Positions 25,723 to 40,700 of a stretch of DNA of 64,000 bases are shown here, in pieces. The stretch is taken from positions 5,964,286 to 6,028,285 of the forward strand of contig NW_002060947.1 of assembly GCF_000150275.1 (NCBI RefSeq), read 5' to 3'. Within the stretch, counting starts at the first letter, position 1, and the number at the start of each line of letters is the position of its first letter. Both the position numbers and the translations under genes were made by a program. Under the pieces are notes generated by a model. It was not told the origin of the DNA, ran no database searches, and saw nothing but the letters and a program-made list of their open reading frames with translations. This stretch comes from Trichoplax adhaerens (taxonomy: Eukaryota > Animalia > Placozoa).

Positions 25723-28275
25723 GTGGCTACGATAAATCGGATGATCAACTTAGTCTCCACGATAACAATCCCATCTTATTTAACAGTTACATTAAGACAT
25801 TACACAAAAATACCACCTTATATAGCTGCCTACAATGGCCTTATACGCACACAGTACGAATAATATAAGTACACCTTTTCATCATCATTAATCATGAAAT
25901 TACCTTATAAGCATAGTCGACTATTCTACTTCTTAATGCTTACGTACTTCAACTACTATTGTAATTAGCTGAAACTACTTCAAAATTTAACTGGTGGAAT
26001 TGTGTAACAGATAACAACATAATCAAATATAGATGATGCTTCCACCAAAGCAAAACATTTAAATAATATATTAGGTCTCATTATATTACTCATGTATTGT
26101 TAAGTATCAGTAAGAATAAAAATCTCTTTGATATACACATTTATAGTTTAGCTGAAGTATAAATAAAGCATACAGTACAGTACATTCTCGCCATACAGGT
26201 AATCTAATAACCTATCTAGGAGTCTACATATAGTTAATGCCACGTAGGAAGTATCTTAGCAAGATTTGAAAATTACCTACTTCTGTCACATTTTAACATC
26301 TGTAAGGTAATAACACTAATATAGCTGTAAACTGCGATAAAAGAATGACAGTAATCTGACATATACAGTATTAGAAAATTAGATGATTCTATAATATTAA
26401 ATATTACTATAAAATGCAATCCTTTTGTAGCTCTCAATATCAATGTATAAGATTTATTCCTATGTAGTCATCGTGTAACCCCAAGTATGGAAGTGCAACA
26501 TTTGAACTATATAAATTAGCATAGCCTAGATCATAACTATAAATATAGCGATTGGAATTCACGTATTACGATAGTATTTTATGTTATTAGCAAAAGCATA
26601 TTAGCGCGAGCTGAATAATAAAATAGTCCAATTTATAAGCTACCCTCGGAATAACTATCGGATGAAGAAAATGGCACAGATACCTAATAGAACTTTATTC
26701 ATTTTCCATATAAACAAATAGGAAACAAGTCAAGCATGCTGTTATTATTCGCAACGGCTACATCAGGATGATTACTATAACTGCCAAAAAATTCTCTTAA
26801 TTTAATTTAATCTATGATAATTATTATAAGAGGAGTTACGATTTGTAACATTTTGTAATTTTACAAGATTATAGCCAAGAATGATGCTATCAAGAAAGGA
26901 TATGACTATGTATAAACACACTCTCAAAGGTCACTGCACATAATTACAAATTCGTGCAAATAATATTAATAATTTCAAGTTTTTAAACAAAAGCGAAGCA
27001 TTTCGATGTTATTAATTAACATTATCTACATAAGCAAAAATTAAGCTGTTTGGGAGCACATTTATATGCCGTTTCTAAGCAAATTCCTCCCGTAAGAATA
27101 TCAACAAATACCGGAACTACTTAAATTCCCAACTGGTGAATAATGTGTCCAAGGTTAGGCCCGACCAGAAAATGATTATGACATGCAACTAATAATTTAT
27201 TGAATTTGCTTTTAATTCTATAAATTGTGAATAACAACTGCATGATATATTACAGGGTATAGACATGGGCTCATTCTATGGATTTTTTTGCACAGCGTAT
27301 AGATTATTGTTAAATTACATACATTTAGCATAACCTGGTTTGTTGATAATTCATTTAATAAATAATATCATCTAATACTCAGCAATACATTTTAAACTAT
27401 TATTGAATGATTCATCCATTTAAATCCAGACTTTATAAATTTTAGATCGGCTGTATACTGTTTTCATACTGTAAATAGATATTGCCAGGATGAATATTCA
27501 GTTTATAATAAATAAGATCTAAGTCCTGGCAGAAAATAGCAGTTCATCAAATCGTTAAATTATTTCGTATATCATACTGAATAGCCATTGCTTCATCTTG
27601 GAGATAGTTTTGTTAAAAGAATTTATTAAACTCTGTATGTCATACTGTTTACGGTATATCCGCTGTAGTTAGCTCAGCATCATTGATGATAATTAACATG
27701 TAAACACAATTATATACCACATCATGCTAGCTATGAATTGGTATACGGAAATCATAAATTTTCTTTGATAATTACACGAGTCCAGCAGTCTGTAATAAAT
27801 CGTAGTCAAATATATTTTTTACTTATATCGATACATATAATATTAGTAAGTTAATTAAGGCAGTCTCTCCTTTTAATGAAAAACTTTACATCAATATATC
27901 GTATAAGAGTTTTAACCCTGAAAGTAGTCACCTGTAACTACATTATTGGGCTAGATCTTATCGATAATTAACCTAGAAATAATAGCCATTGTCGTCACAC
28001 ATCGTCATGCTATTCCTGATAAATATATCATAAACTAGAGTAACGATGCTATCGAAGAAAATTAGAGTTTACAATAATTACTTTTTCATATATTATAAGC
28101 AAATACGCACATATACTTCTATGCTTAAAGTTATAAGAACAAATACGCAACAAGCTTCCAATTTGAAAGAAATATTTGGTCATAGGATATCTTACTTCTT
28201 CATTGTGAGTCCAACTTCCAAATTTAAATCATTCTGATCGTTAAAATACCGATTCTACAGCTCTGTATTCCACAT

Positions 28276-31200
28276 CTAAGGTATTCCGTACTCAAGGATA
28301 AAATTTGTGTTCATGTCATGATCTAATTTAGTAACATTGAGTACCTAGATGGCCCAAAGCAAAGTATAGAAATTAATTATTAGTTCTGTATATTTTGTAA
28401 AAAGAAGACAATGCTTTGCAATGAATACTTGAGACTTACTTTCTTATCGTTGTCCCAATTGAAGAGCTTGTATCTGCTATTAAGTCTACAGGAGATAATT
28501 CTCGATGCTTTGATACCATAAACTGTTATAAAATCCAATCTTGGTACTATTGAATACCCTTTGACAGTGACTGAAGCCGTTACGCCAGTCTATAGAAATT
28601 AATAAGTTAAATTTTAATCTTATCAGAATAAAAAAGCTATTTATTACCCGCAGAATATGGAATAATTTTCAATTTACTCTTTGTTAAACAAAATAAAGTA
28701 AATTCTACTCGTATAACGAGTGTTCTATCTACTTACAGATGTTGCCTCATAATTGATGATGGTATATTGTTGCTTATCAATGGTATCTTAATATGTCAAT
28801 AAATAGTAAAGCATCCATTTAAGCTCATTATCTATCATAAAGTTATTTTTGGGTAAAGTTTTCATTTTAAATTTAATAAGCTAGCTAACTAAAGGTCATA
28901 TTAAACGAAATGCGTTATCATCTACTGGTACCACAGAAAACATTAAAAATTAACCAGAAATGGCATCATTTACAAACCAGGTTATTTACAATATAATAGC
29001 TTACAATAAATTAACTATCATCCAAGGAAAAATATATCCTAATTAATTATGAATACAAAGTCCAAGAAAATTATTTTCTACTATGTCTGTTTAATTGCTA
29101 GTTTGGAGATGAAGCAGCAATGTTATTAAGAAACATCATTTATAATTATAAAATGATTAATGTCCAGCTAATTATAATTATTGCTGTACTACACTAATAA
29201 TCAACCTCATAAAAATAGCTGCAGCTAGTGCTGCTTTTCTATCTCTATTAGTGTATAATCTAACTAGACTTACCAATTGATTCTCCATCATCATAAAATG
29301 CAGTACCACTAGCTTGCTCGTTGTTATCTACAGCTATCTTTAATGAATACGGATTCTTGCGACTATTATTAAATAAATAATCGGTTATTTAAGCTTGTCT
29401 AAAGAGCGACGATACCTTTTCGTTGGGCATTTGTTAATGATAATCTAATTGAATTTGTAATCCCTTGTCTAATAACTTACGCGTAAAACGTTGTATTAGC
29501 GGGTTTTTGGTGAGGTAAAACGTAGCCACCACGAATATGCAAATTGATGTGATTTGTTGGTGCTGGTAAGTCGACAAATCTATTTACAGTATTAATTTCT
29601 TGTCCCTAAGCGTAAAAATCGTGAAACCTTAATGGAAGTTAGCATAACTACCACAAGACTATAACAAAAATTTAACATATATATGATATTACAGTGTAAT
29701 AATCGAACCAACGGCCTTGAGGGAAGTAAGCCCGAACGGAATTAGCATTCTGTAAAGCAATAAACATTTAAAATTTTTTTATCCAGTTTATATCATGATC
29801 ACTGACTATTATAATCTCAATTTCCTCGAACAGTAGTAATCTCGACTCATAAACTAGTGTGGTCTTATTTTTATAAGTCAAATAATTTTAGGATATTTAG
29901 AGTAATATCTAATCTATCAATAATAAATAAGTCATATTTCGTTGCTGATTATAAAATGTGTAAGTGAAACATTCTTACCTCCGTTAAAACTGGTGTTATT
30001 AACAAAGCAGGTCCCCATAAGAATTGTTTATCGATACTTCGAGCAACCTCGTCGGTAGGAAATTCAAACATTAGAGATCGCGTAACAGTATTGCCTTGTG
30101 TGTGTGCTTGGTAGAATAATGTGTACAAGTAAGGTAAAAGGGAATATCTTGTTAATAAAACTTTTTTAGCATTGGCTGCGTTTTCCGGACCCAATGCTGG
30201 TGGATGTTGGGCCTATGGAAATTTATGTAAAATTAGCAACTTAATTTCAATTAAGTAAGTTAATATTCATATTTCCGTCTTCAACTGAACTCAAAACAAG
30301 TATTTTACCCCAAAACCATAGCTGTTATGATTTCTTGAATAGGTATAAAATGCTCCTAACTGCATCCAACGATTACATAATGAGGCTGTTGCGTTACCAG
30401 AATAACCGCAAACATTCGCACCAACCTACAATTGTATCGATAAGATATTTACAGTTAATTGATATACAGTATTAAGTAACATTAGCATCAGAATTTCTTT
30501 AACTTTTAATATAATGTTTGACATTGCTTTTATTAGCGTTGGAAATTTAAGTCATATTCTCTGATAATATCTAATTAAGTATTCTATAAACTTACGTATG
30601 GAACACCAAACATGTTAAATTCAAGACTTCCTATAATGTAATACAATAATTTTATAGTAAGTTTTATCTATTAGCTTACCATGTATACATAGCTGTGATT
30701 ACTTGAAATAATTAAATTACCAATAATAGAATTCGACATAGATTGCCAACCAGACCAGTTATCCCCTAAGTTGTGTCCACCAAATCTTCCCGAACCAGTA
30801 AAAGTAGAACGGGAAATAATCATTCCTCGTTGTTTAACAGCTACACGAAGGGCTCTAAAGTTATTCATTTTGATGCAAATAGTAATTAGAGTAATTGACC
30901 TTCAAATTTAAGTCTAATAGTCTATTTAATGCTTAATTCCTTACTATCATAAAAAATATCAAAGGTTACTTACTTCATAGATGGCTCCATTTGGCTGTAA
31001 CCATACAAGTTATGAACATTATAGTGATCGCCCCATGTCTGCTTACCATGCATGCATAGAGTTTTATCATATATTCTATTTCCGCTTATAGCAGCTTTAA
31101 ATTATCAAGAAACATCCATTAATTAAGTCAATCAATTTATAACCTTTAACTTCACTAGCCCAGCTTAAATATGGCTCTGATAATAATAATTGAAACCACT

Positions 31201-34200
31201 ATAATGGCGGCATTTGCAAATCAACCTACCAGGCTTATATGGAGGATTATTGAAATTATTACGTGGACAACCAGAAATTGATCCAGAAACAAAGTTAGAA
31301 GGCTCATTCATGTCCTGAAGCATAATTTCAAATAACAATTTATTCTAGCAATTAGATTAGGGTATCCTGATTGAAATATTATTACATTTATCAAATTATT
31401 TTTGACGACTTTATCTACCAAGATCTATACTTATTAGTACCACGATTAGAATAGCAATTCTATTGCGATTAGAATAGCAATTCTATTGCGATTAGAATAG
31501 CAATTCTATTGCTATTAGAATATTTTAGCAATCAAATTATTACTGCAATATGTTATCATTAACATATTATATTTGTTGCATTACTACTTTTGATAATATT
31601 TTCTAATCTAATCACTCCCTCGTAATATCACATAAAAAGTTAATTTTAACGAAGTTTGAGTGCAATGCAACTTTTTACACGATGATTTTCATACTGTATC
31701 CCGATTTAACCGAATTGCTTTCGTCTATCTACTAAGATTATAGCCAAAGAATTTATAAACGATCAATGCAGTGTTGACATAATTTAAAAAAATGCTCTGA
31801 TCAATTAGTCCAAGACAGCAGTCAAAATTCTACTGTTATCTATGGAGATCCATTATTTTTAAATCTCATAACTTAATTTTTAAATACTTCGTAATGCTAC
31901 TAATTCCTTATATTTATCAAATGAATCTTAGTAAACTTCTCAGTTTTAAATTTATAATCAATGATATTTTATAGCTATATAAATATAAGGTAAGTAACTT
32001 ACTAGCCATAATCCATCAAACGAAATGTTCTTATGGAAATTTACAATCTGATCTTGCCACCAGGAGTGAGAAAGAGAATTAGTAAAATCTGGATAGACAG
32101 AAGCAGTTTGTGGCCAAACCTATGAGCAGACGGAAACATCAGAAAGTAAATCTTTTGCAGTCCCGTAACTAAAATTTATTAAATTGTGCTGTAGGTTTAG
32201 AGCAACTTATGTATTCGAATTAACTAAGCAGCAAAATGTTAAAAAATTATACATTTATCACAACTACTTTTAATCTTATTGTGAAAAACAGAAAAGATGA
32301 AGTAATTAAAAATTAAGCTGTCTAACATATAGCATACAATTTTGAAAGCAATTAACTTATTTCAATTTATGCATTCTATCTTTTCTGTTAAATATGATCT
32401 TAACTAATACTATCTATCGATAATATCATACTTATTTCTAATCTTTTGACTTATCATTAAAGATCATAAGAATTATAAATAAGCATGATATTGATTTTTC
32501 TAATTTATCAAAATGAGCTACCTGGCCACGAATTAGCATGCCATTTTCGTCTCTAATAAAGATATTACGAGTCAGACCTTCAGAATAAGGTCTATAGAAA
32601 CCAGGCCGATTACTTCGAATAGCAGGATCCTTATATAAATTTTAGCACACATATATAGATTAGAAAATAACAAGTTAAGCTGAGCAGATTGTTGGAAAAT
32701 TTCTACATGCTACTTTTATTTACCAATACAATAACGTATTTTTGTCCTTCTGCATGTAGATGGCGAACAAATTCAGGTAGTCCAGAAAAGCTTTCCTTAT
32801 TATACGTAAAATCCATTCGATCCTGCATGTAGTCGATATCCCCATACTGAACATCCTAGTTACACCATGAATTGAAATTATGGTTAGCATGCTATATATA
32901 GAAATTTATACTACTTTAGTTAGGCAAGCTGATATTTATCGCATTCAACGTAAGTTTGGAGTAAATTTGTTATTTTAAAATTTTATGATTTTCAATATCA
33001 CAGACCTGTGGGATTCCGGCGTCTTTCATCTCTTTAACAACTTCTTTGACCCGATCTAAGCTGTTATAACCCCAGCGAGATAACTGAAAACCTAGGGCCC
33101 AATAAGGTGGAAAATATGGCAAGCCTATAGTCTTTATAGCATTCAATATCAGTCAGTACAAAATCACCAAAACCTAAAGAGAATGTACTGAGCAAAAACT
33201 GCATTTTAAATTTAGCCGTAACATAATTTTAACTATTAAATGTATGAATAAATGAAAAATAGGCATCTATGTGTACATCCAATTAATATCATCTAAGTAA
33301 TAATAATAATCTTCATATTTTTAATATGCAGGTTAATTAACACTAGCGACTGCAGTATTTCAGACCTTAATATATTGATTAATGACATCTTGTGGACTTG
33401 GGCCAAGAAATACTATGAAATCGAGAATGCCTCCAATAGTTCTCCAAGTAAGACCAGGCGATGGAGTTAATACAGCCTCTATGAAAGATATCACAGAAAT
33501 TGATGAATCAGATAATATACTGATCACAATTATTGGTAAATTTTGTTGTATAAGACTCATACTAAATATCTTCAAGATTCACTTATCGAAATCGGAGCTA
33601 ATTTATTTAAGGTATTACTAATAAATATCCAGAACTGCAGTAAAAAATCATGGAATGGCTCTCTTACCCAAAGCATTGCTATTAATTAACAAAACGGCAT
33701 GAGCATTGCCCGCATTATCTTCAATATTTAAGTACATAGGATGGACTCCATACAAATTTTGATTGGTCTTAAGGAAGATGTAATTATAAAGTTAAAATAG
33801 ACTTGATCTAATTGAAGACTAATAGGCGTAAATTTCATAACTCGATTCTCACTCTAGATCTTGCAAAAGCTTAAACTGAGCAAAAACAAACTTACATCAG
33901 GCATGTTATCTGAGGCAAACATTCCCCAGCGGTGCCAATTCCAGTCTTGATGGCGATAATTTTGACGCTCATGTTCTCCTAACCCATAAAGCCATGTTGA
34001 TGATAGTTTACTTGAAATTTGTAAAAACTGATCTTCGTAGATAAATCCACCAACACTTGTGTCCATACTATAAGCAAAATGATGTCATCAGTCACTGTAT
34101 TCAATAGTCGTTGATCAATATTGACCATCATGATTAGTAATTGGTCCTGAATTTATACTTTGAAATAATACTATGACGAAAGTACATACAGCTCGGATTA

Positions 34201-37200
34201 AATGAAACCATTGCATTAATTAGTTTAAAAATATAGACATACATGACTTGACCCGTCGATTTTCTGGTAATTTTAATCGAAAATGGATTGGTATTAACTT
34301 GAACGTGATATAAAGGATTTCTATTGCCTTGATCACTTTCTTTCATATCAGGAAATTGTTGAATTGGAACCTGATATCTTGCACTATTTCTATCTGTAAT
34401 CTAAAGGCAAACATAATTATTCAAGATTCATATCCTGGTTTTCAAACAAAACGAAATAGCTATACTATAGGGCAGCATTTTAAGGACTAGATTGCGTCTT
34501 GAAAATATTTATTTAGCTAACGCAATATTGGCTTCTATTGACGCTATACTACCGTAGAATTAATCCAAATCAAACTTGAAGTTTTTAAATAGCCTGCTAA
34601 TAGCTATTCTAATTTGATCATTTGCTATGAATCCAGTTCCTTCCCAGGTGAAAAATGAGGAGTACACTTAAAACTTTAAATCTAATTCATGCTATACCGT
34701 ACTTAAATTTCAGCTATTCAAAGAGATATGCATAATTTATATGGGCGATTATTACAAATTTATCCTTAATAGTTATTGAATAATTTTTCCCAAATTTACA
34801 TTTACTGGTAGAGTAGAATATTCCGTCAGAATAATTTCTTTTACTTTTTACTAGCAGTCTATCTTAAAAGTTAACCTCTTTGCCTAATTCATACACTGGG
34901 TACAATCCTATCAGATAGCTTAGTTTTGCTTTTGAAGGTCATTTTATATCACATAAGGTAATTTCATCTGTCTTACAGTTGATTTTAAAACTTGCAGCAT
35001 CGGTTACGCGTTGCTGAAATTTATGGCTTAAAATTTTATTAAATTGTTTAGTACTCAAATTAATATAGGAGACCCAATTATGGAAAGGAGAGTGAGATAT
35101 TTTCTGACTATAAACTGAGGCCAAAATATCACAGTAATTAAGCTCCCTAAACCTTTTAACGCACAAAGAAATTCGTTTATAGGCGGCTAGTGCGCATAAA
35201 GTGCTAAAGCCTATTAAATATCAAGCTTGTACTAACTTTACCGTAGTATTAATGATTAGCCTAGCGAAACAAACCATTTAAACTGTGACACTTTCTAATC
35301 TCTACTTGCCAGCCAACATTGCGTTTAACAAACTACCAGTTGTAACAGAATTAAATTTAGCAGTATTAATTGAGGATATAGAAGGAATTTAATGTTATAT
35401 CTTAACATTAATCAGACTAAACTATAAATAAAAAGAATCTATTTAAGCCCATTCCTAGCTATTAAGCAATTTTTAGGCTACTAACTTATCCCATTTCTAC
35501 CCTAAATATCAGTACTTTCAAGGGCATATACTATACCTGCAATCCTTTAACCGGCTATAAAATCTAATCTATACAGTCTGCAACAATGACTAATCAATTC
35601 TTCACCTTTATTGATTACTAATCAGCATTTATTTTGTTCCAATAATTTTATTGACATATGCCCGATAGCCATATGATGCGACAGACAGTTTAATTCATTG
35701 CCCATAGATATGAGTAAGTTGATAAATAAATAAAGGATAAACATTAGAAAAAATCTTCCAATAAACAGTCTCTGAGTAATAAATACGATGACTTGTCCTT
35801 GTGCCGATATAAGAGCAAAATTTTAAAATTGATCGGAAAGGATCAGAAATGGTCTAGTAGAGTTTAAAGTATTCTTTAGTAATAAAGAATGCCATTTTCA
35901 CTTTATAGGGATAAATGGAGAAAAATTTAAAGATTTGAATGTTTGATAAGAGAATAATTATCCTTAGCGTATATTCTACCAAATGAACTAACTGTTCCTT
36001 CAAAGAAATGATGATTTGATATGGCGTTAAATGAATTTCCAAATTTCCCTCCACTCTCAAAAATCAATTTGTTATTAGCAAATTAACTTAGTCTCTTGGG
36101 TTTAATCGAGTTCTCATGAAATTTACTGGCAAGACAAAATCATAACGTAAGACGATTGTCACTTTGTCTAGCAGTTTTAAAGTTTGTCTGGTTGTCAACT
36201 GGACTGAATATTCTGAAATTAATTTTAATCGAGATTTGAAGCAAAAATATAATCAAACATTTCAGGCATTATGCATCAACACTTGTGTAACAATAACGTA
36301 GATTTTTAATTATCATTAAACTTCTTGATAACAATGCAATTATTACCTACGAAACTAGGGAACCTAAAATAATATTTCAAGGTTTAGCTGTACTAGTACT
36401 TAACATTTTGGAAATTTAAAGCAAAACTAGAGTTGATAATTGTTAAAATCCCAAAGCAACCCAGGAAATAGACAAGTTTAGAATCCTGCTTTACTGCAGG
36501 CTGGACTGAATATTACTGTAAGAAATTTAAGAAATTAAGAGTTTAAGTAGAACAGAAATTGGTAGCTACAAAGTCCACAAGGCTATCTCTTTGATTTAAT
36601 ACAAAAAGTAAATTCCTAGCAGTATTGGACTGCTTAGAAATAAATGCAAAATCCTTTAAACCTAATCGAGTTATGAATATAGCTCTAGGTATATCAAGTA
36701 TCCTAATAGACGAAAGGTATTTCATTGCAATGAGGGGCAAGTAACGTCGCCCGTGAGAGCCTGTGACCTTCGAATGTTCGATCAATAATATTACTAACGT
36801 TTGGTTTAACAACCACAATTTCTTAAGATTTTAAGACGCAATTTATTTAGGTATGAATTACGCATGGTAGAGCACTCTTGGTTCTTAAGTAGAATCATAA
36901 AGAAGAATAACCATCCGAGAAATAACTTGATGATTCCAACTCATCATTATAATTTAAGAAGTTCAATCATCATTTATAAGCTCTCCACAAATCATTCGAA
37001 GCCATCTAGCCTTACAAATACGCATATTCTGCCCTACTATATTAATTATTTCTGATGTTATTAAAGCATAAGCTATGTGCACGTATCTTACCTTAATTCG
37101 CAACCGAGAGGCTGTTTGATGCTGAATATCTACTCGCAGAGATATGGCAGGTGAATGATAGAGAGCTGGCTGATCTAAACGACGATTAACAATCACTCGC

Positions 37201-37787
37201 TGACCAAAAGAGACATTTTGAACTTGTTGGCCATAATAGGTAGTATAATTAGGTGGGTAATAACATGAAGGAGCATTTTTGGGCTCAGAAATGGGATTCC
37301 AACAGCAACCACGAGCTATGCATCCACTTTGCGATCGTTTAACAACATCAGGAAAGCAATCAAATCGTTGATAACCAGCGATTTGATTGCATGTAGATGG
37401 CTGTGTTGGATCGCCAACCGTTGGTTCTCTAGTCGTTGATATTATTATTGGTGGACGACTGGTTGGACTATTAGTACTAACTACTGGAATACCACTAGTT
37501 GTACGTGTAGTTGTTGCTGATATGGTCGAAGCAAATGTTGAATTTTCTGTACGTAAAGGATTATCAGTACTTTGGCCCAGTCCTGATTGCTCACCTGGGC
37601 TTTCATTTCGATAGGCCATTATGGTGATAGGAATAACGGCGATAATTAAAGCCAGTCCTGTGATAATAAGACCGATAAATAACTTCCGATGAGTTGTATT
37701 TCTTTTGACTTCGACAACAGCTTCTTGATCTTTTGAAGGCGATGTTTGCTCGTTTTTGAACGATTTAATGTCTTCTTCACTTGCCAT
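28276..37787 (-). CDS. GH31 alpha-glucosidase-like paralog C (type II membrane, altered active-site residues), 21 coding exons, ~995 aa
   Basis: Exons: 37787-37092, 34400-34243, 34067-33896, 33767-33668, 33478-33366, 33131-33006, 32855-32724, 32629-32522, 32119-32003, 31314-31230, 31094-30974, 30854-30721, 30630-30596, 30425-30309, 30212-29979, 29749-29693, 29605-29481, 29362-29274, 28786-28737, 28589-28440, 28344-28276. All GT-AG, no stops found. Motifs: TM, stalk, six-Cys trefoil, DIDYM, GQVWP, WLDMNE, HNLGDN, GANVCGY, RNHN; ends ...ILEYGIP*. Confidence 0.94.
31444..31522. repeat. 23-bp perfect tandem repeat (GATTAGAATAGCAATTCTATTGC) x3 plus a partial copy, in intron 9 of gene C
   Basis: Directly visible; the unit contains internal inverted repeats (AATAG/CTATT and GCAAT/ATTGC). 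Confidence 0.95.
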
Positions 37788-40700
37788 GGTGATGATACGG
37801 CCAAATTTTCTTTTCTCTAACTGAAATCAATCTTAAGGTAGAAAATATCAGCCTGTGTTGGCAATTACTAGACCATGGACTAAGTTACTGCAGAAGATTG
37901 AGGTGAATGATATCTAAGCCGCATAGGACTTTAGATTTATACTGAATTTGTTATTCATCAACTATATAAATAATCGAAAGTCTAGGTTGCATCTATTTAT
38001 TTATAAGCCCATACCAAAGATGCTATCCAATAATATTGCATGCAATTGTTGGTATTGTCTTGATATCTTCATGCTTCAATATGGAATGTTACCTACCAAG
38101 CAGATGGTTTGTACTGAAGGCGTTTCACATCCATCTAATAAATTTTCGTAAAAATAGACTGTTGACTAATTATTGATATCAAGCCGTCTAGTATTGACTT
38201 TGACTTTGCATTCATTAATGGAATAGATTGATTAACGTCAGTTTAATTAAAAACTTTTGAACATGTCAGCAATTACAATTATTTGTCTTCTCGTCGATAG
38301 TAATCGTTTTTAAATTATCTGTATAGTAGGTATCCTATAATGTCAGTGGATAGAGTTTGGCACTATAACTTACTCAAAGACTTATTCGTAACTGATTATA
38401 TACTGTAAATAATTATTATCTGGTGACACATAAAATGCTGTAACGTAGGCCATGTTATTTCCTTTTTACTAGCATAATTTCGGATATCTATAATTTTCAA
38501 ACTTGAAGGAAATACATTTGTCGATCATGTCTGTAACTTGATTTTGTTTATACTATTTTATAAGCATTCCATCTAATAGACAGCCTTGGGAATAGTTTCA
38601 AAAATATTATCTCTATTCCTTATATAGTTATGCTCACTTATAGCTAAGCAATCATCAATATGCCGAAGCAAGCTCAGAATTTTTATAAAATAATTAAGGA
38701 TCGATTAAAACTTAGGACGTATACCATACGTTGAGGTAGATTTTGCAATGGGACTAGCATAATTGTATTCCTAAATTCAATTTAATCAGGTTGTAAATAA
38801 GTTTTACCAACCAGATAGATATTGTGTCAACTGTGGTGTGCAAATGCTACAGCACCAATTTCTAAATCAAAATTATAGACGCAAATGAGAAAGCAAAACT
38901 TCGACATCGCTAATATGGATAATCATGTGAGCATAGCAATAATACTAAGCATCCTTCTATATACACAAAACCTCAAATTATGTTTGCCTATTATAAGCAA
39001 ACATGATTTAACCAATATTCAATAGCAATAAGTCTCTTTAAATCGAATTAAAATAGAGTGATACAATATCATATGCTAAATTAGAATAAATTCTAGAATT
39101 GACTCAAGATAGCTGTAAATTCTAAATCGACTTTCATGAAACTTGATATTAAGGTGAAATTCGAATATGCCTATCGGGCTCTAAGTCTAGGCTTTTTAAA
39201 CTGTTCTCGTCAGATAATGCCAAATTAAACATATTTGCGTAATATTCTATATCTATTTTACATGAATCAAATTGAGCTATTGTAAACTGACATAGTAGAA
39301 AGCCACAAATCTATTCAATGTAAAAATATATGTTATCTCTATGATATGTGGTAATCCTGACAAGAGCATGAAAATATGTTCATGTTTTCAGTGATCAAGT
39401 AAGTTCTAGATTACCATTTGATCTAAGTCTATCAAACCTGGTTTTAACTGTGGCATTTTGCATGTTTTACTCTAATAGAATTAATATTACAGTATTTTAT
39501 TAGGATGTACAACAGGTCAAAATTTATTATTAAATTTTTTTTTATAATGCCAGAGCAGATGAACATTCTGTATAAAATATGCTATATAAATAAATCAACA
39601 TCAGCTACAAAAGCAAATAGTTAAACAGTGGTACCACCACAGACACCAGATTGAAAATAAATATTTCTACCGGTAATGATTTGTTAATGTAAGACTACTT
39701 ATAACTAGTGGGAAAAAACTACCCTAATAGCACTAACCAAATATCCCATAACTGTATATAACAAGGCTTAGAACAAGAAAGTGAGTTATAACGTTAACAA
39801 GCTCTTTATACACAACTCTTTTATTAAAAATAATCATGATTATCAAGAACATATTCGTGCATGCCTTTCCAGGAATGCTATCTTGCTATTACATTAGAAT
39901 TACTTTATTAGTGTGAACATCTCTCTAGCCCATTATATTTACATTTCAAAGTGTACATTGGATTGATAAAATACATTAAATGTAGACAAATGTCTGCTCT
40001 AAGCTCCATGAACTTATGCTATAGAATAGTTTGTAATATATATGCATAACCGTATGCAACCTAACATGAATTACAGGCATAATTTGCATTATTGACATAC
40101 CGGTATCTGTCGAGAGTTTGAGATATTTTATTTTTGAATCAAATACCTCCCTGTTATAGAAAAATAAGGAGGTTATAGCCAAACCCCACTCAAAACTATA
40201 GCTAGAAAGGAAATATTCATTATTTTGAAAGTTACGTTCTACGCGCATTCAGCACGTGGTACATTCTTGTCAGGGCTATAAATTCATGAGCGACAAGCTT
40301 CATAGAAAATCTATTAAAAATTAGTTGAGTCCTTTTTCTTTATATCTATAGCTTATTTTAGTGATTACATCTAATTTCTCGACTGCAAATAAGTCTAAGA
40401 GACTATAAAACAGCATAAGTCATTCTTCAAGAAATATCTTAAACTGTCATTACGAAGCCTATTACCGGTAATGGTTGATAATTCGATTTCGTCCAGTTAA
40501 GTAATTTTGGGACCGCAAAAATGAATGTATCAGCAATAACAACTCAAATGTCATGCTAATAATACTTGCTGTAATGAAAAAAAATGTATAAAGACAATAA
40601 CGTAGATTTAAACGATACTAGAAACACATCTAATGCAACTATTTTTCAATCATAAAGTAAAATTGTTGAAGAAGGGGCACCTAGTCATGTTAGCTTTAAA

